NCBI GenBank assembly: GCA_964016885.1 | Contig: OZ024742.1 | Location: 77,004,001 to 77,068,000, forward strand | Origin: Eledone cirrhosa | Taxonomy: Eukaryota | Reading direction: 5' to 3' | DNA length: 64,000 nt | Part shown: positions 30,034-43,190 of the stretch, piece after piece | How the letters are laid out: each line of letters opens with the position of its first letter | Position numbering within the stretch: the stretch's first letter is position 1 | Program-made: the position numbers and the translations under genes | The notes under the pieces: generated by a model | Told to the model about the DNA's origin: nothing | The model's database searches: none | The model's input: only the letters and a program-made list of their open reading frames with translations

Positions 30034-31773
30034 CTATATTTTCCTCCTGCTGTATTGTATGTCTACGCCATTTTTATTCAGTCTGTCTATATATTTATTT
30101 ATTTATTTGCTTGTTTGTTTATTTTATTTTTTGTTCTTTGCGCATGCGTTTGCGTGCGTGTATAGTGTTTTGTTTGCTGTGTGATCGGTGACTAGTGTGT
30201 GCTTATGTGCTTGTTGTTATTGTGATTGTGTATGTATTTATTTATTTAATTATTTTATTTTATTTACTTATTTATACTTCTCTTAGGTCAGTGTTGTTTG
30301 TTTGGGTGTTGTTGTTATTCCATTCATTCTTTCTGTCTAGCCTTGGTCTTCTAATTTCTAATTCACTGCCTCTCTGATTTGCCTATCTGCTGGGTCATTT
30401 CTATGTTTAGATATTATTCTAATTTCTATGTTGTCTATGTTACCGTCATGTTGTTGTCTAGCATGTTCGTATAGTACTGACCCGTTTTTTCGTCCTTTTA
30501 GTGAGAGCTCCATAGACCTCATCATGTACTCTCGTTATGTAGAAGATATCAATATAGTTATAAGAACACCCCCACTAGAGAGCACTAACAAGTTTGATTT
30601 AGAACGTAGCACGATGGAAAGCATCCAGCAGATAGCTAATTCCATACACCAGAGTATAACTGTAACTATCGACTTCCCTTCCAAACACCCTAACAATAGA
30701 CTACCTGTATTAGACACAGAACTCTGGATTAACACTATAGACGAGAGAGCCAAAATTCTCCACTCACACTATGCTAAACCCATGGCCTCTTAATACCTGA
30801 TACTCAAAAACTCAGCAATGTCCAGTAGTGCTAAGTTTAATACGCTGATCGCAGATTTGGTACGAGTGATGAAGAATGTATCCCGCATGTGCGACCCAAC
30901 AGAAATGGAAAGACACATCCAACACTTCATCAACCGCATGCAGTTCTCTGGCTACAACCAGAGACAGAGTCAGAGTATACGAAGGAGCCATGGAGAAGTA
31001 TGAGACCCTCATAGAACTGGACATGAAAGGAATTGCCCATTATACAGGAGCAAATCATGGAATAGCTTAGATAGGGCTAGACATAAGATAATGAAAGCCA
31101 CCTCATGGTACGACAACCAGAGATACCAGAGTGTCATGTTTGTGGACGCTACTCCTGGAGGGAAATTAGCCAACCAGTGTAGAAAGGCCCCGAGAAAGAC
31201 CCACTTGAAAATAAAGGTGGTAGAAAAGCCAGGAACCACCATAAAATCCCTGATCTGCAACACCTACCCTTTTAAGAAAACCCACTGTACCAATAGGAAA
31301 TGTATCATATGTAGGGTGAACCCCGGATAAACTGTAAAACTAGAAACGTAGTCTATAGCATAAGATGTACAGAGGGTACTTGCAGAAACATGACAACAGC
31401 ATACATAGAAATGACCCAGCAGATAGGCAAATCAGAGAGGCCAGTGAAATAGAAATTAGAAGACCAAGGCTAAACAGAAAGAATGAATGGAATAACAACA
31501 CCCAAACAAACAACACTGACCTAAGAGAAGTATAAATAAGTAAATAAAATAAAATAATTAAATAAATAAATACATACACAATCACAATAACAACAAGCAC
31601 ATAAACACACACTAGTCACCCATCATACAGCAAACAAAACACTATACACACACGCAAACGCATGCGCAAAGAAGAAAAAATAAAATAAACAAACAGGCAA
31701 ATAAATAAATAAATATATAGACAGACTGAATAAAAATGGCGTAGACATACAAAACAATAGGAGGAAAATATAG

Positions 31774-31817
31774 CACCACTGACGATGTTGCAGATGTGCA
31801 ACGAAAGATTTATGATA
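31774..31817 (+). ncRNA. Hammerhead-like motif in PLE 3' pLTR
   Basis: cacca-CTGACGA-t-gttgca-gatg-tgcaac-GAAA-gatt-TA-tgata. Stem I is weak. Confidence 0.55.
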
Positions 31818-32028
31818 AACTATATATATATGTTTGTGTCTATATTGTATCTGTATTATTTTTGACCGTCGGTCAGTCAATGGCAAAACATTGAGGACCG
31901 AGTATATTAGATTACCGATATAAAAGACACAGAAGCGAAAAGCGAAAACCAACCATACAGTGAGTGTGTTCTGTTATTAATTCTGGCAATATTACACAAA
32001 TATGACCCTCCCCAAGTATAACAATATA

Positions 32029-32080
<52 letters not shown>

Positions 32081-32082
<2 letters not shown>

Positions 32083-32264
32083 TGGTTACACAACAGTTAA
32101 TTCACCATACCGCAAGATCAGCGAAAGTGAAACAATTGTTCTCGCTATGTTGAACTAACTGTTGTGTAACCACTTATATCTTACTCGTCCCCTGGCTTGA
32201 GTGCTCTACCTCTACGGATATTACCTTCCAGTGTTCCACCACTATATATATTTATATATATATA

Positions 32265-32333
<69 letters not shown>

Positions 32334-32490
32334 CGTATAACCATGCCCATTACGAGCTGAGGATCCGCTAAGGTGAAACAATTGTTCTCGGTATGATGAA
32401 CTAACTGTTGTGTAACCACTGCTACCTAACTCGTCCCATGGACTGAGTGCTCCACCACTACGGATATTACCTTCCAGTGTTCTACCACTA
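32081..32490 (+). mobile_element. Two solo pLTR pieces of the 18362 PLE family; the first is a fold-back (32081-32111/32145-32175)
   Basis: Both match 20590-20745. Confidence 0.85.
32353..32390 (+). ncRNA. Minimal hammerhead
   Basis: cgag-CTGAGGA-tcc-gctaa-ggt-GAAA-caattg-TT-ctcg. Confidence 0.75.
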
Positions 32491-32492
32491 TA

Positions 32493-32549
<57 letters not shown>

Positions 32550-32554
32550 TTAAT

Positions 32555-33020
32555 ATAGGAGATCTTCTACAGGACTAGAACTGTTTCATTCGTGAGAAAT
32601 CATCAGGGAGCTGGCTGTCCAAGTAAGTGGTGGTATTTATATCTTTTTTTTCTGGTGGTAGGTGAGGGTGGGGATTGGGATGGCTGGAGGTCATTGGTTG
32701 AAGGATTTAATGAAAAGGGAGTTCATTAAAAGCTAATTCTTTAAAGTTATAGTATTAACAAAGGCAGGAAGAATACTGGAAACAAAATCATATTTGGAAT
32801 ACCAATCCTAGTTTATCACTTAGACTAACAATGCCTGTAAGACAGGTGTCTACAGGATGGGTGGGTTTCAATGGTTTAAAGAAAAGGGAAATTATTTAGA
32901 AGCTAATTCTTTAAGGCTGGGATAAGGGTGACAAAGGCAGAGAGGGTTCCATCAACAGATTCAAGTGTTGGGGTGATTCCCCGTATAGTGAAATGTCTCT
33001 TAATATATGTTCTAGGTGTC
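32555..33020 (-). mobile_element. PLE 3' end/pLTR with hammerhead at 32564-32610
   Basis: Minus strand reads ctcc-CTGATGA-tttc-tcac-gaat-GAAA-cag-ttctagtc-ctg-TA-gaag. 32660-32800 is homologous to the reverse complement of about 43046-43180. Confidence 0.65.
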
Positions 33021-33256
33021 GACAAGCACATTCACACACTCGCCCACTTACACGCACGCACCCACAGGCAGGCACACACACAACAAACATACATAATGGT
33101 ACATACACACATACACATATACAAATATATACACATGTATATACACATACATACAAATATGTGTATATACATACGCCCACACACATATATATATATATAT
33201 ATATATACATATACCTATATACATATACACACACACATATATAAATATATATATAA

Positions 33257-33680
33257 ATGGAAAAGAATGAAACGAAATCTCATTTCTCACTCTTAATACG
33301 GCTGATACTTAAATGTAATTATGTATGTATACGTACATATATATATGTATACAGACGTACATATATATACATACATGCACTCATATATATATGTACGCAT
33401 GGGTTTACCGAACATTTATTATAATGTTCTGTTAGTCTGTAAACAAAATAACAGCCGGAATTACGCCGTATAAATTCACGAAACCATCGTCGTCTTTTTG
33501 TTCAACACTGACACAGGAACGATGTACTAGTTTGAAGCTTAATAGCTATCGTCAGCATTGTATACCCCCTGCCAGATGATTGAATGTCTGAAAGTATATA
33601 CTTTCCTTATGCATGTTAACGGCTGAGCAGCCTAATTTGCATATCGAGTGAGTTAGTCGGCCGGGCAGGCCGACTAACTC
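33257..33680 (-). mobile_element. About 430-bp HHR repeat monomer (HHR 33520-33560, GAAA mutated) ending in a 13-bp fold-back
   Basis: Family homology. gagttagtcggcc/ggccgactaactc hairpin at 33650-33680. Confidence 0.8.
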
Positions 33681-33685
33681 TCTCT

Positions 33686-34770
33686 ATCCAACAGACCAGT
33701 GTCTGTCCTTCGGGCATCAACTTACGTTAACCTTGGTTTTCCTCTTCCAGTGTGTCCATGTAGGGGCTTCCACAGGAGCACTGAGTTCAATGTCAACTTT
33801 GGTTGTCGGTGAGCATGTGCAGCTAAACTCAGTCTCCTCTGTGTCACTTTTGAGCTGACTTTTGGGAGGCTCCCATACAGTTCTGAGTTGTTCATCCTCA
33901 TGGTGTATACTGATTAATGTTCAGAGCCATCCTCAGCATTCTCGTGTAGCACCCATCCACCATCTGAGTGAGTTTCTTGGTCAGTGTCCAAGTCTCAGAC
34001 CCGTACAGCAGTGGAAGATCAGTGGAGGATCAGTAACATCGTCCCAGTGCCAAGGAAGGGAGATCTCTCTAACACAAACAACTACAGGGGGAACTCATGA
34101 CGTCGTTTGTGGCAAAGACCCTCAACAGGATGATTCTTAACAGGATCCAGCCTGAGATGAAGAAGAAGTTCAGGGTCAACCAAAACGGCTTCAGAGAAGG
34201 AAGATCAACCACCAGTCACCTGGACCTTATATCGCTGCTCTACACCAACACCAAAACCCTAGGCATTACACCTGATGGGATCACAGAGTGCTTTGAGATA
34301 CTAGCTGGGGTGCTCCAGGGAGATACATTGGCTCCCTACCTTTTTATCATCGTAGTAGACTATTGTATGCGCCTTGCACTGGAGAAACACCAGGACTCTG
34401 GCTTTACTGTAGCACCGCCTCTGGGCAGAAGAGTTAAGGCGAAAAAGTTATCGGATGCTGAATTTGCCGACGACATATTTTTGGTGACAAATAAAGTGAA
34501 GAAGGCAGCGGATTCGATGCAGGAGGTGGAGACTGTGTCGATGAGTGTGGGGCTGAGAATGAATGAGACTAAAACAAAATATGTGTTGGTGAATGTTGAG
34601 AAGCCAGAGGGGATCACTAATGTAGGCGGGAAGCCGCTAGAATTGGTTGAGGACTTCCTATATTTGGGAGCAAAGATTGAGAATACGGAAGATGATGTGG
34701 TTGAGAGGAAGAGCAAAGCCTGGGCGGCGTGCCACAGCTCGAGATCGGTGTGGAAGTTGGACCTTCGTAA
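33686..34770 (-). mobile_element. RTE-type LINE with 5' inversion (33686-34010 minus; 34010-34770 plus RT fragment)
   Basis: The plus part encodes QNGFREGRS, GVLQGDTLAPYLF, EFADD and FLYLG. The minus part is the reverse complement of about 41333-41655. Confidence 0.85.
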
Positions 34771-34827
34771 ATAATTGAAAAAATAAATATATATATATAT
34801 ATATATACATGTATACATAAATGTATA

Positions 34828-34921
<94 letters not shown>

Positions 34922-34933
34922 GTATACATATAT

Positions 34934-35371
34934 AAGAGTCAATGGCCATCCAAAATCATCGGGAGAGATGACCCCTTAGCCTTTGTCAAGGTAGAATTCT
35001 AGGAGAAGGAAAACTCTGATATAACACCTGCAACCCTGATGGTATCCAATGATGTTGACTTGTTCTTCTTTTTGGTGAATATCATCTTGGTTAAGAGAGT
35101 GGGATTGGCTTTGTGCAGTGCTTTTGCTCACTATAAAAGCTTCACGGCACAGGCATTGCTTTATATCTGGAGATCTCTCTGCACTTGTCGTCACATGGTA
35201 CCATGGGCCCAGCACTATGTGTCAATGATTGTCACAGGTGTAGTATTTGTACCAGAGTTTTCAAGTAGCTGACTAGACTAAAAAGTCACACTTGTTCAGC
35301 GCATCGGTAAGGGTTCTCCTACATGGATATAAAGTAGTGGCCGTACTCGAAAACGATTTGGCAGCCACCAT
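34934..35371 (+). mobile_element. LINE (RTE-like) 3' end with C2H2 finger remnant and (TA)n tail
   Basis: Inverted homolog of 37101-37535, which encodes [22 protein letters not shown] on its minus strand. Confidence 0.6.
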
Positions 35372-35395
35372 ATATATATGTATACATATATGTAT

Positions 35396-35458
<63 letters not shown>

Positions 35459-35553
35459 CATACACAAACACATATATATATATATACTGTGAAACTAAAA
35501 ACCATATCATTTGTACTGCCTCTGTTTTCTGGTCATATAATAAACTACATATA

Positions 35554-35587
<34 letters not shown>

Positions 35588-35598
35588 GACACACATAC

Positions 35599-35681
<83 letters not shown>

Positions 35682-35970
35682 CAAATAACGAAACGAAATT
35701 AAATTTCGTTTCGTTTGTAACTCACTTTTGTATGACTGACGCTTAAACAATTAAGTTAAAAAATGTACATCCACATATGTATACTGAAATACTAGTATGC
35801 ATATGAATACACACACGTGTACATATGTAGATGTACCGAGTTTTTCACTGGACACTTTACTGTGAGTGTCCAGCTATTCTGTATGTAAACACACAGACAA
35901 ACCGGTTTTTAGAGTCATACTGGTTTTCGAGGAAACACCTTTCCTCTATTCACCAGAAAGCCAGACAAGG

Positions 35971-36015
35971 AATATTGGACTAGTTTCGATGTTGTTACAT
36001 CTCATCAGCAATATT
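35971..36015 (-). ncRNA. Canonical minimal hammerhead
   Basis: Reverse complement of 36267-36311. Confidence 0.85.
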
Positions 36016-36266
36016 TACCTATCTTCCGGCCTTTCTAGAGAATCGTAAAAGCACATATCGTTATATGCTTTTTCTATGAAAATTAGTAGTGGGCAGACTA
36101 ATTTGCATAGAGCGTGAGTACGTACCGGTTTTGTTTTTATCGTCTCCGCTGAACCGGTACTTACTCACGCTCTATGCAAATTAGTCTGCCCACTACTAAT
36201 TTTCATAGAAAAAGCATATAACGATATGTGCTTTTACGATTCTCTAGAAAGGCCGGAAGATAGGTA

Positions 36267-36311
36267 AATATTGCTGATGAGATGTAACAACATCGAAACT
36301 AGTCCAATATT
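36267..36311 (+). ncRNA. Canonical minimal hammerhead
   Basis: aatattg-CTGATGA-gatg-taacaa-catc-GAAA-ctag-TC-caatatt. It has a 7-bp stem I, a palindromic ACTAGT and a GUC site. Confidence 0.85.
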
Positions 36312-36321
36312 CCTTGTCTGG

Positions 36322-36612
36322 AGTATTGATGATTCTTTTTTACCTTGATGTTTTCGCCAGTGTTCATTTAACCGTTCTCCTATACTACGAGCTATCTCAC
36401 CTATGTACACTATATTCTTATCTTTACATTGTCCTTCAGTACATGTTATGCTATATACTACATTTCTAGTTTTACAGTTAATATGGGGGCTTAGTTTACA
36501 GATTATACATGTCTTATGTATACAGGGAGGTCTTTGAAAAGGGTATGTATTGCTAAGAAGTGTTTTTAGGGAGGTACCTGGTCTTTCTACTATCTTAATA
36601 TTAAGTTTATGA
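36322..36612 (-). pseudogene. PLE GIY-YIG fragment (same lineage as 30505-31400)
   Basis: KIVERPGTSLK..CKTRNVVYSITC..VYIGEIARSIGERLNEH. Confidence 0.85.
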
Positions 36613-36837
36613 CAAAATGAAAACACACACACACATAGAACAAAAAACCAACCGGAAATTTATAGATTCTCTAACTTATAATAAATTGTTGTGAAAGCAA
36701 TTGTTGCGTGGGTTTCTTATTGGCAACATGACACTCCCAAAGCATAACAATATCGGTTTCAACACACGTTTTCAGATAAAAATCCTGCTAAACAAATTCA
36801 GAAACGAAATATATATATATATATATATATTTATATG

Positions 36838-37059
<222 letters not shown>

Positions 37060-37100
37060 CATACGTACATACACATATATATATACATATATACATATAT

Positions 37101-37628
37101 ATGGTGGCTGCCAACTCGTTTTCGAGTACGGCCACTACTTTAAATCCATGTAGGAGAACCGCTACTGATGCGCTGAACGAGGGTGACTTTTTAGTCCAGC
37201 CAGCGACTTGAAAACTTTGGTACAAACACTACACTTGTGACAATTACTAGCACATAGTGCTGGGCCCATTGTACCATGTGATGACAAGTGCAGAGAGATC
37301 TCCAGATATAAAGCAATGCCTGTTCCGTGAAGCTTTTATAGTGAGCAAAGGCACTGCACAAAGCCAGTCCCACTCTCTTAACCAAGATGATATTTACCAA
37401 AAAGAACACGTCAACATCATTGCATACCATCAGGGTTGCAGGTGCTATATCAGAGTTTTCCTTCTCCTAGAATCCTGCCTTGACAAAGGCTAAGGGGTCA
37501 TCTCTACCGGTGATTTTGGATGGCCATTGACTTTTAAGAGCTCCTTTTCCCTTTGACAGGTATTGTTTTTAGTGCTGCAGGATGTCCAAAGTCACCCTCC
37601 TCACCAAGAAACCTTGCTGGGGTTGCAC
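37101..37628 (-). mobile_element. LINE (RTE-like) 3' end with C2H2 finger remnant
   Basis: A minus-strand frame gives [22 protein letters not shown] and ends gcagccaccatatata. A more diverged copy lies at about 63260-63590. Confidence 0.6.
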
Positions 37629-38019
37629 ATACATACATACCTACATACACACATACATACCTACATATATAGATACATACACACATATATACATACATAC
37701 ACACATACATACCTACATATATACATACATACACACATACATACCTACATACATACACACATACATACCTACATATATACATACATACACATACCTACAT
37801 GTATACATACATACACACATACATAATGCTGCAATCATTTGATCCTAGATCCTAGTTTTTCTCATTTCACTATTACAATGTTACTTTACCTTCTTTTTGC
37901 CATAATTACAATTAGCACGCTTTTCTCTTTGCATGTATGTATATTTTTGTACGAGTGCATATTGATGTGTATGTGTGTGTCTATGTACACATACATGTGT
38001 ATATATGTGTATATATATT

Positions 38020-38050
<31 letters not shown>

Positions 38051-38440
38051 ATGTGTATGTGTGTGTGTGTGTGCGTAGATATATGCGTATATTACTTCGT
38101 TAACCTCTGTATTAATTCTACAACCATTGAGCTTTGACAGTGGTCCCACTCATGTATACTGTTGAAGATGAAGAGAAAGACTGTAAAAACTAGCTCATCT
38201 TTATAATTTAAAATTGATACACACTACGATACTTTTTGCCTTATGACAGCTGGTTTTCACGCCGTAACATTAGATACATTATATACCCCCCACCTAAGTA
38301 ATGTCAGGGTCTCCTTAAATAGTTTATTGATAGCATTGTTGTAATTGTTGTTATTGTTCTAATTGAATGCTATACTACTCCATATAGTAGCCTATATTTT
38401 CTTTTCTTTTCTTGCCTGTGTATTTTCTTCATTCTCGCAT

Positions 38441-38546
38441 GCTCCGAAGATCTGACTGGTTATAATTCTGTATTGGCGATCGAGTAACGCAAAATTAAGC
38501 GGATAGCGATCTCTAGACATATCAGTTCAGTGAAACAAATGTAAGC
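38441..38546 (+). ncRNA. Hammerhead-like motif with long stem II (U4C core)
   Basis: gct-CCGAAGA-tctgactg...cagttcagt-GAAA-caaatg-TA-agc. Confidence 0.5.
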
Positions 38547-38598
38547 TATGTGATTAAAAACTTTTTTGTATAGCAAACCATGTAAACCTTCTTTCCTG

Positions 38599-38662
<64 letters not shown>

Positions 38663-38754
38663 ATGTGTATATGTATATGTATATGTATGTGTATATATAT
38701 ATGTATATGTATATATGTATATATGTATATATATATATATATATATATTTATAA

Positions 38755-39205
38755 CCAACCAAAAAAAGCCTTCGTGAGCCCCTTTTCTCAAGTAAAAAGA
38801 AATTCAAACACTCATATATGAAAAAACAACCGTTGACAACCGCCCCCCTCTAATTTGAATAACTATTGTAACGCGAACTGGCGCGAAATTTATTATAATT
38901 ATTGACAAACCAATCAAATTACTTCTCGAAAAACCTGGCATTTCGAGCCACTTTTTCCATATAAAACAAGTAACATTCAGAGACCAACCAGATGTGAGAA
39001 AAACCACAGACCCTCCATCTCAACTCACTTTTTGAAAAGCAGAAGAACTGGGAAACCGGTAAAGTAACCAAATAAATATATATATTTTAAAAAAAAATAA
39101 GACTCCAGTTGCATTTTCGATTTCATCTCCTTTTCTTTATACTTTCACTCGTGTAGGACACCTCGGTTATTTTTCATTTTGTAAAAAAAACCTCACTTAC
39201 TAATA
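38755..39205 (+). mobile_element. Non-coding TTGAAAA/ACCGGT HHR repeat (HHR 39028-39065)
   Basis: Homologous to 49710-49920, 53245-53432 and 62320-62825. Confidence 0.8.
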
Positions 39206-39291
39206 TATATATATACATATATACATATATAGATATACATACATATATACACATACATGTACATATATACGTACATGTACATATATATATA

Positions 39292-40006
39292 TGTCAGTGT
39301 TGAACAAAAGGGCAACGATGGTTGCTAAACACTGTACGGCTTAATTCGGGCTGTTTGTTTACAAACAAACGGAACATTATAATAAATGTCAGTAAACCGA
39401 TACGTATATATATATATATGTTTACATGTATGTATATATATACATACTACTGTACGTATGTATACATATATGTATGTACATATATGTATGTACATATATG
39501 TATGTACATACATACCTGAATTTAAGTAACTGCCGTACTAAGAGTGAGAAATGAAATTTAGTTTCACTTTTTCCATTTAACGTTTTCGGTGCGCCCGGCC
39601 GACTAAACTCACTCGATATGCAAATTAGGCTTGTCAGCCGTTAATATGCATAATGAAAGTATATACTTTCAGACGTTCAACAATCAAGCAGGAAGGTATA
39701 CGATGCTGACAATAGCTAATAAGCTTGAAACTAGTGTATCGTTCCTTTGTCAGTGTTGAACAAAAGAGCAACGATGGTTGCTAAACACTGTACGGCTTAA
39801 TTCGGGCTGTTTGTTTACAAACAAAGGAACATTATAATAAATGTTCGGTAACCCGATACGTACATATATATATGTGTACATGTACGTATATATATATACA
39901 TACTACTGCACGTCTGTATACATATATGTATGTACGTATACATAAATACTTACATTTAAGTAACTGCCGTACTAAGAGTGAGAAATGAAATTTCGTTTCA
40001 TTTTTT

Positions 40007-40010
<4 letters not shown>
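39292..40010 (+). mobile_element. Head-to-tail array (about 1.7 units) of the about 430-bp HHR repeat; HHR at 39701-39741
   Basis: Unit 39577-40010 is preceded by a partial unit ending in the same ttttccat. cgatg-CTGACAA-tagct-aata-agctt-GAAA-ctag-TG-tatcg is a decayed copy. Confidence 0.85.
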
Positions 40011-40064
<54 letters not shown>

Positions 40065-40198
40065 AGATAAATCTACCAAAATGTACGGTAGTGTCCAATC
40101 CGTATGAAGAACTCAATGTAATCCGAATATCATGAAAAGAGAAGATGTATTCAAAAAATTTTTTCGGTGAAAATTAACGGAAAACAGAGTCAAGATAT

Positions 40199-40676
40199 AT
40201 TAATAAAATAATGAATAAACAAAGAAACAGTTCCTTATATTAAAAAATTCATCATTTTACGATCGATTCTAGGATATATATGTTAGTGTTGGTATGCATA
40301 TCCTATAGATCTATGTAAAATTTTTACAAACTATCAGAGGGAATATACATACCTACACATTTATATGCTGTCTTCAGAAATAAGGATATTTGTTTATTAA
40401 AAAATCTATCTTTCTATTGGTCAATTCAAAATCTGTTCCCAAACAGACCTATTGTATTAAATCTTTGTTGGTTTTTTCAATAAACAAATATCATTATGTC
40501 TGAAGACAGCATATATATGTGTAGCTATGTATATTCCCTCTGATAGTTTGTAAGAATTTTACATAGATCTATAGGATATGCATACCAACACTAACATATA
40601 TATCCTAGAAACGATCGTAAAATGATTAATTTTTTAATATAAGGAACTCTTTCTTTGTTTATTCATTATTTTATTA

Positions 40677-40678
<2 letters not shown>
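40199..40678. repeat. Inverted repeat (arms about 205 bp) with long-stem-II hammerhead-like motifs at 40254-40381 (-) and 40496-40623 (+)
   Basis: The arms mirror each other. (attt/atgt)-CTGAAGA-cag..about 100 nt..cta-GAAA-cgatcg-TA-aaat. Confidence 0.8.
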
Positions 40679-40715
<37 letters not shown>

Positions 40716-40769
40716 CATACATATATATACATACACACATACGCACATACATACATATATATATATACA

Positions 40770-42240
40770 CTAACATTAAAGCCCGGCGTTGCTCGGGGTC
40801 AGTAAGTTACCAAAGTTAGGTTGCACCACCCATTTTATGGCAGCACTTTTTTGTCTGCCTGGCACTGGGTGAATGAATTGCAGACCTGGACTGCCGAAGC
40901 AGGAGTTGCGCCAGCAATGACAATTGTTGTTTCACCTATGGATATTATCTCTGTCCAAAGAAGAGTTGAAATGTATTGTTTCACAGTACTTGCGCAACAC
41001 GCGCGTAGATGATGCCAGCCGAACAACAGAGCTATGATGGAGTTGTTCTGCATCTTTGTCTAATGTGTGTTTTCTAAATTTAAGACAGTAGGGACCGGTG
41101 TGATATGGGGGAGAGTTAGTTGCTGTTTCTAGTAGGTTTTGTAGGTGGGAAGCCGCTAGAATTGGTTGAGGGCTTCCTGTATTTGGGAGCAAAGATTGGG
41201 AATACGGAAGATGATGTGGTTGAGAGGAAGAGCAAGGCCTGGGCGGCGTGCCACAGCTTGAGATCGGTGTGGAAGTCGGACCTTCGTAGAGACCTGAAAG
41301 TCCGCCTCTTCATTGCTGTAGTGGAGTCTGTACTGCTGTATGGGTCTGAGACTTGGACACTGACCAAGAAACTCACTCAGATGGTGGATGGGTGCTATAC
41401 GAGAATGTTGAGGATGGCTCTGAACATTAATCAGTATACACTGAGGATGAAAAACTCAGAGCTGTATGGGAGCATTCCAAAAGTCAGCCCAAAAGTGACA
41501 CAGAGGAGACTGAGGTTAGCTGGACATGCTCACCGACATCTAGAGTTGACATTGCACTCAGTGCTCCTTTTGGGAGCCCCTACATGGACACACTAGAAGA
41601 GGAAGACCAAGGTTAACTTATGTTGATGCCCTACGGACAGACACTGGTCTGTTGGAGACGCAGGACATGGCAGCGATAATGAGGGACAGAGACCGCTGGA
41701 GAGAACTCGTCCATGGATCTCGGGAATTTTACCCGCCTTAGATATAGAGGATATTATTGTGTATACTAAATAAACTGATACTTCTTTCTTCCACGTTCGT
41801 TTAGAGATGTTTTAAAACAGAATATTTCGCTATTTTTTTTGTTGTTGAATAAATTTATCTGTTGCTTTTGAATAATTGTTGTTTCGACTCAAAAACAAAC
41901 GTTCTCTCTCTCTCCTTCATTCCTTTCTCTCTTCTTTCTTCGGCATTCCTAAAGGAAGTTTGTAAGTTTAAACGTGTATAAGAGAAAGTTGCAGCATGTA
42001 TATAGTTTTATCGAATTTTAAGGGGAGTAGAGAGAGGGTATCAGATTGTTTTAGAGGTGTAAAGCGTCATGTATTTAGTTGTATCGATTATTCCCGTAAT
42101 TGTGGGTGAGTTTGAAATAAATAAATAGTCGTTGACCTGAGTTTGACCATTACAACATTCTTACCGACGTTGAGTCCAATCGGTTTGAAATTGTGAACAT
42201 GCAGACCCCCACACACACACAACAATCTGTCTTTTATAGA
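40770..42240 (-). mobile_element. Non-autonomous Helitron (second copy) interrupted by an RTE
   Basis: Reverse-complement homolog of 16925-17920 with the same TC start and 3' hairpin cccgagcaacgccggg. Confidence 0.8.
41139..41743 (+). mobile_element. RTE-type LINE 3' fragment
   Basis: FLYLG..LKVRLFIAVVESVLLYGSETWTLT..RRLRLAGHAHRH..RGRPRLTY. Confidence 0.88.
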
Positions 42241-42326
42241 TAATTGTTTCTACTTTAGGCACAACAGGGACGTAACTATGCTGGAAAGCATGGCGTCCGA
42301 CCCTCTACCGATACTGCCAATCCACC
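42241..42326 (-). mobile_element. Internally deleted SINE
   Basis: The SINE 5' and 3' ends are fused. Confidence 0.75.
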
Positions 42327-42344
42327 AATTATTGATAATTATAC

Positions 42345-42426
<82 letters not shown>

Positions 42427-42438
42427 TAGTATATCTTT

Positions 42439-42542
<104 letters not shown>

Positions 42543-42543
42543 C

Positions 42544-42585
<42 letters not shown>

Positions 42586-42699
42586 CATACATACACATAC
42601 ATACACATATACGTAAATACTTAAGAACGCAGGTACACACAAACATACGTATAGAATCGTTCGGCCACACACATATATACATTATTAAGATGAAGTACG

Positions 42700-43190
42700 C
42701 TTTACATTCAGAAAGAGCAGATAAGTAAGAAGTACTTACATGACCATAGTGCTGTGTTTCGGGTCTAGAGAGGGTAGGGGTAGGGTGGGAAGGAGGTGGA
42801 GGGGGTATGTTGTCGAATGTGGTTTAAAGAAAAAAAAAGGGAATCTTTTTTAGCCATCTGGTATTAATACTGGCTTAAGTTATTTGAAAGTTGCAAAGTG
42901 TTTGTGCATGCAATTCGGTAAGTGTTCAGAGAGTTTGTTCAGTAGCGGGCCCTTGGCAAATAATATTTTGTAGCTCTCTGAGATACAAAGATCGCAGCAC
43001 TTGTGTCCTCCCTTGTATGAGCCCGCTTTTTGGAGTATTTTCCAAATATGATTTTGTTTACAGTATTCTTCCTGCCTTTGTTAATACTATAGCTTTAAAG
43101 AATGAGCTTTTAATGAACTCCCTTTTCTTTAAATACTTCTACCAATGACCTCCCCCCATCTCAATCCCCACCCTCTCTTACCTACAGAAA
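42700..43190 (-). mobile_element. PLE GIY-YIG C-terminus with an oppositely oriented pLTR piece
   Basis: Minus strand 42880-43045 encodes WKILQKAGSYKGGHKCCDLCISESYKILFAKGPLLNKLSEHLPNCMHKH. Confidence 0.7.

Larger units (their letters stand above)
29780..32027 (+). mobile_element. 5'-truncated PLE with inverted arms of about 625 bp (29780-30405 / 31402-32027) around an RT-thumb/GIY-YIG fragment (about 30505-31400)
   Basis: Mirror ORFs 29855+/31623- are nearly identical. Protein motifs are YSRYVEDI, LPVLDTELW, HYAKPMAS, VMFVDATPGG and NCKTRNVVYSIRC. Confidence 0.88.
35961..36321. repeat. Near-perfect palindrome (arms about 170 bp, spacer about 20 nt) with an HHR in each arm
   Basis: ccagacaaggaatattggactagtttcg... 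is mirrored by ...cgaaactagtccaatattccttgtctgg. Confidence 0.93.

Noticed and set aside
29855-31952. Duplicated hydrophobic 109-aa and 60-90-aa ORFs resembling membrane proteins
   Set aside because: They are antisense readings of the T-rich inverted pLTR arms.
36740-36780. Minus-strand CTGAAAA..GAAA in a repeat also present at about 44690 and 29750
   Set aside because: Stems I and II do not pair and the C3/A8 positions mismatch.
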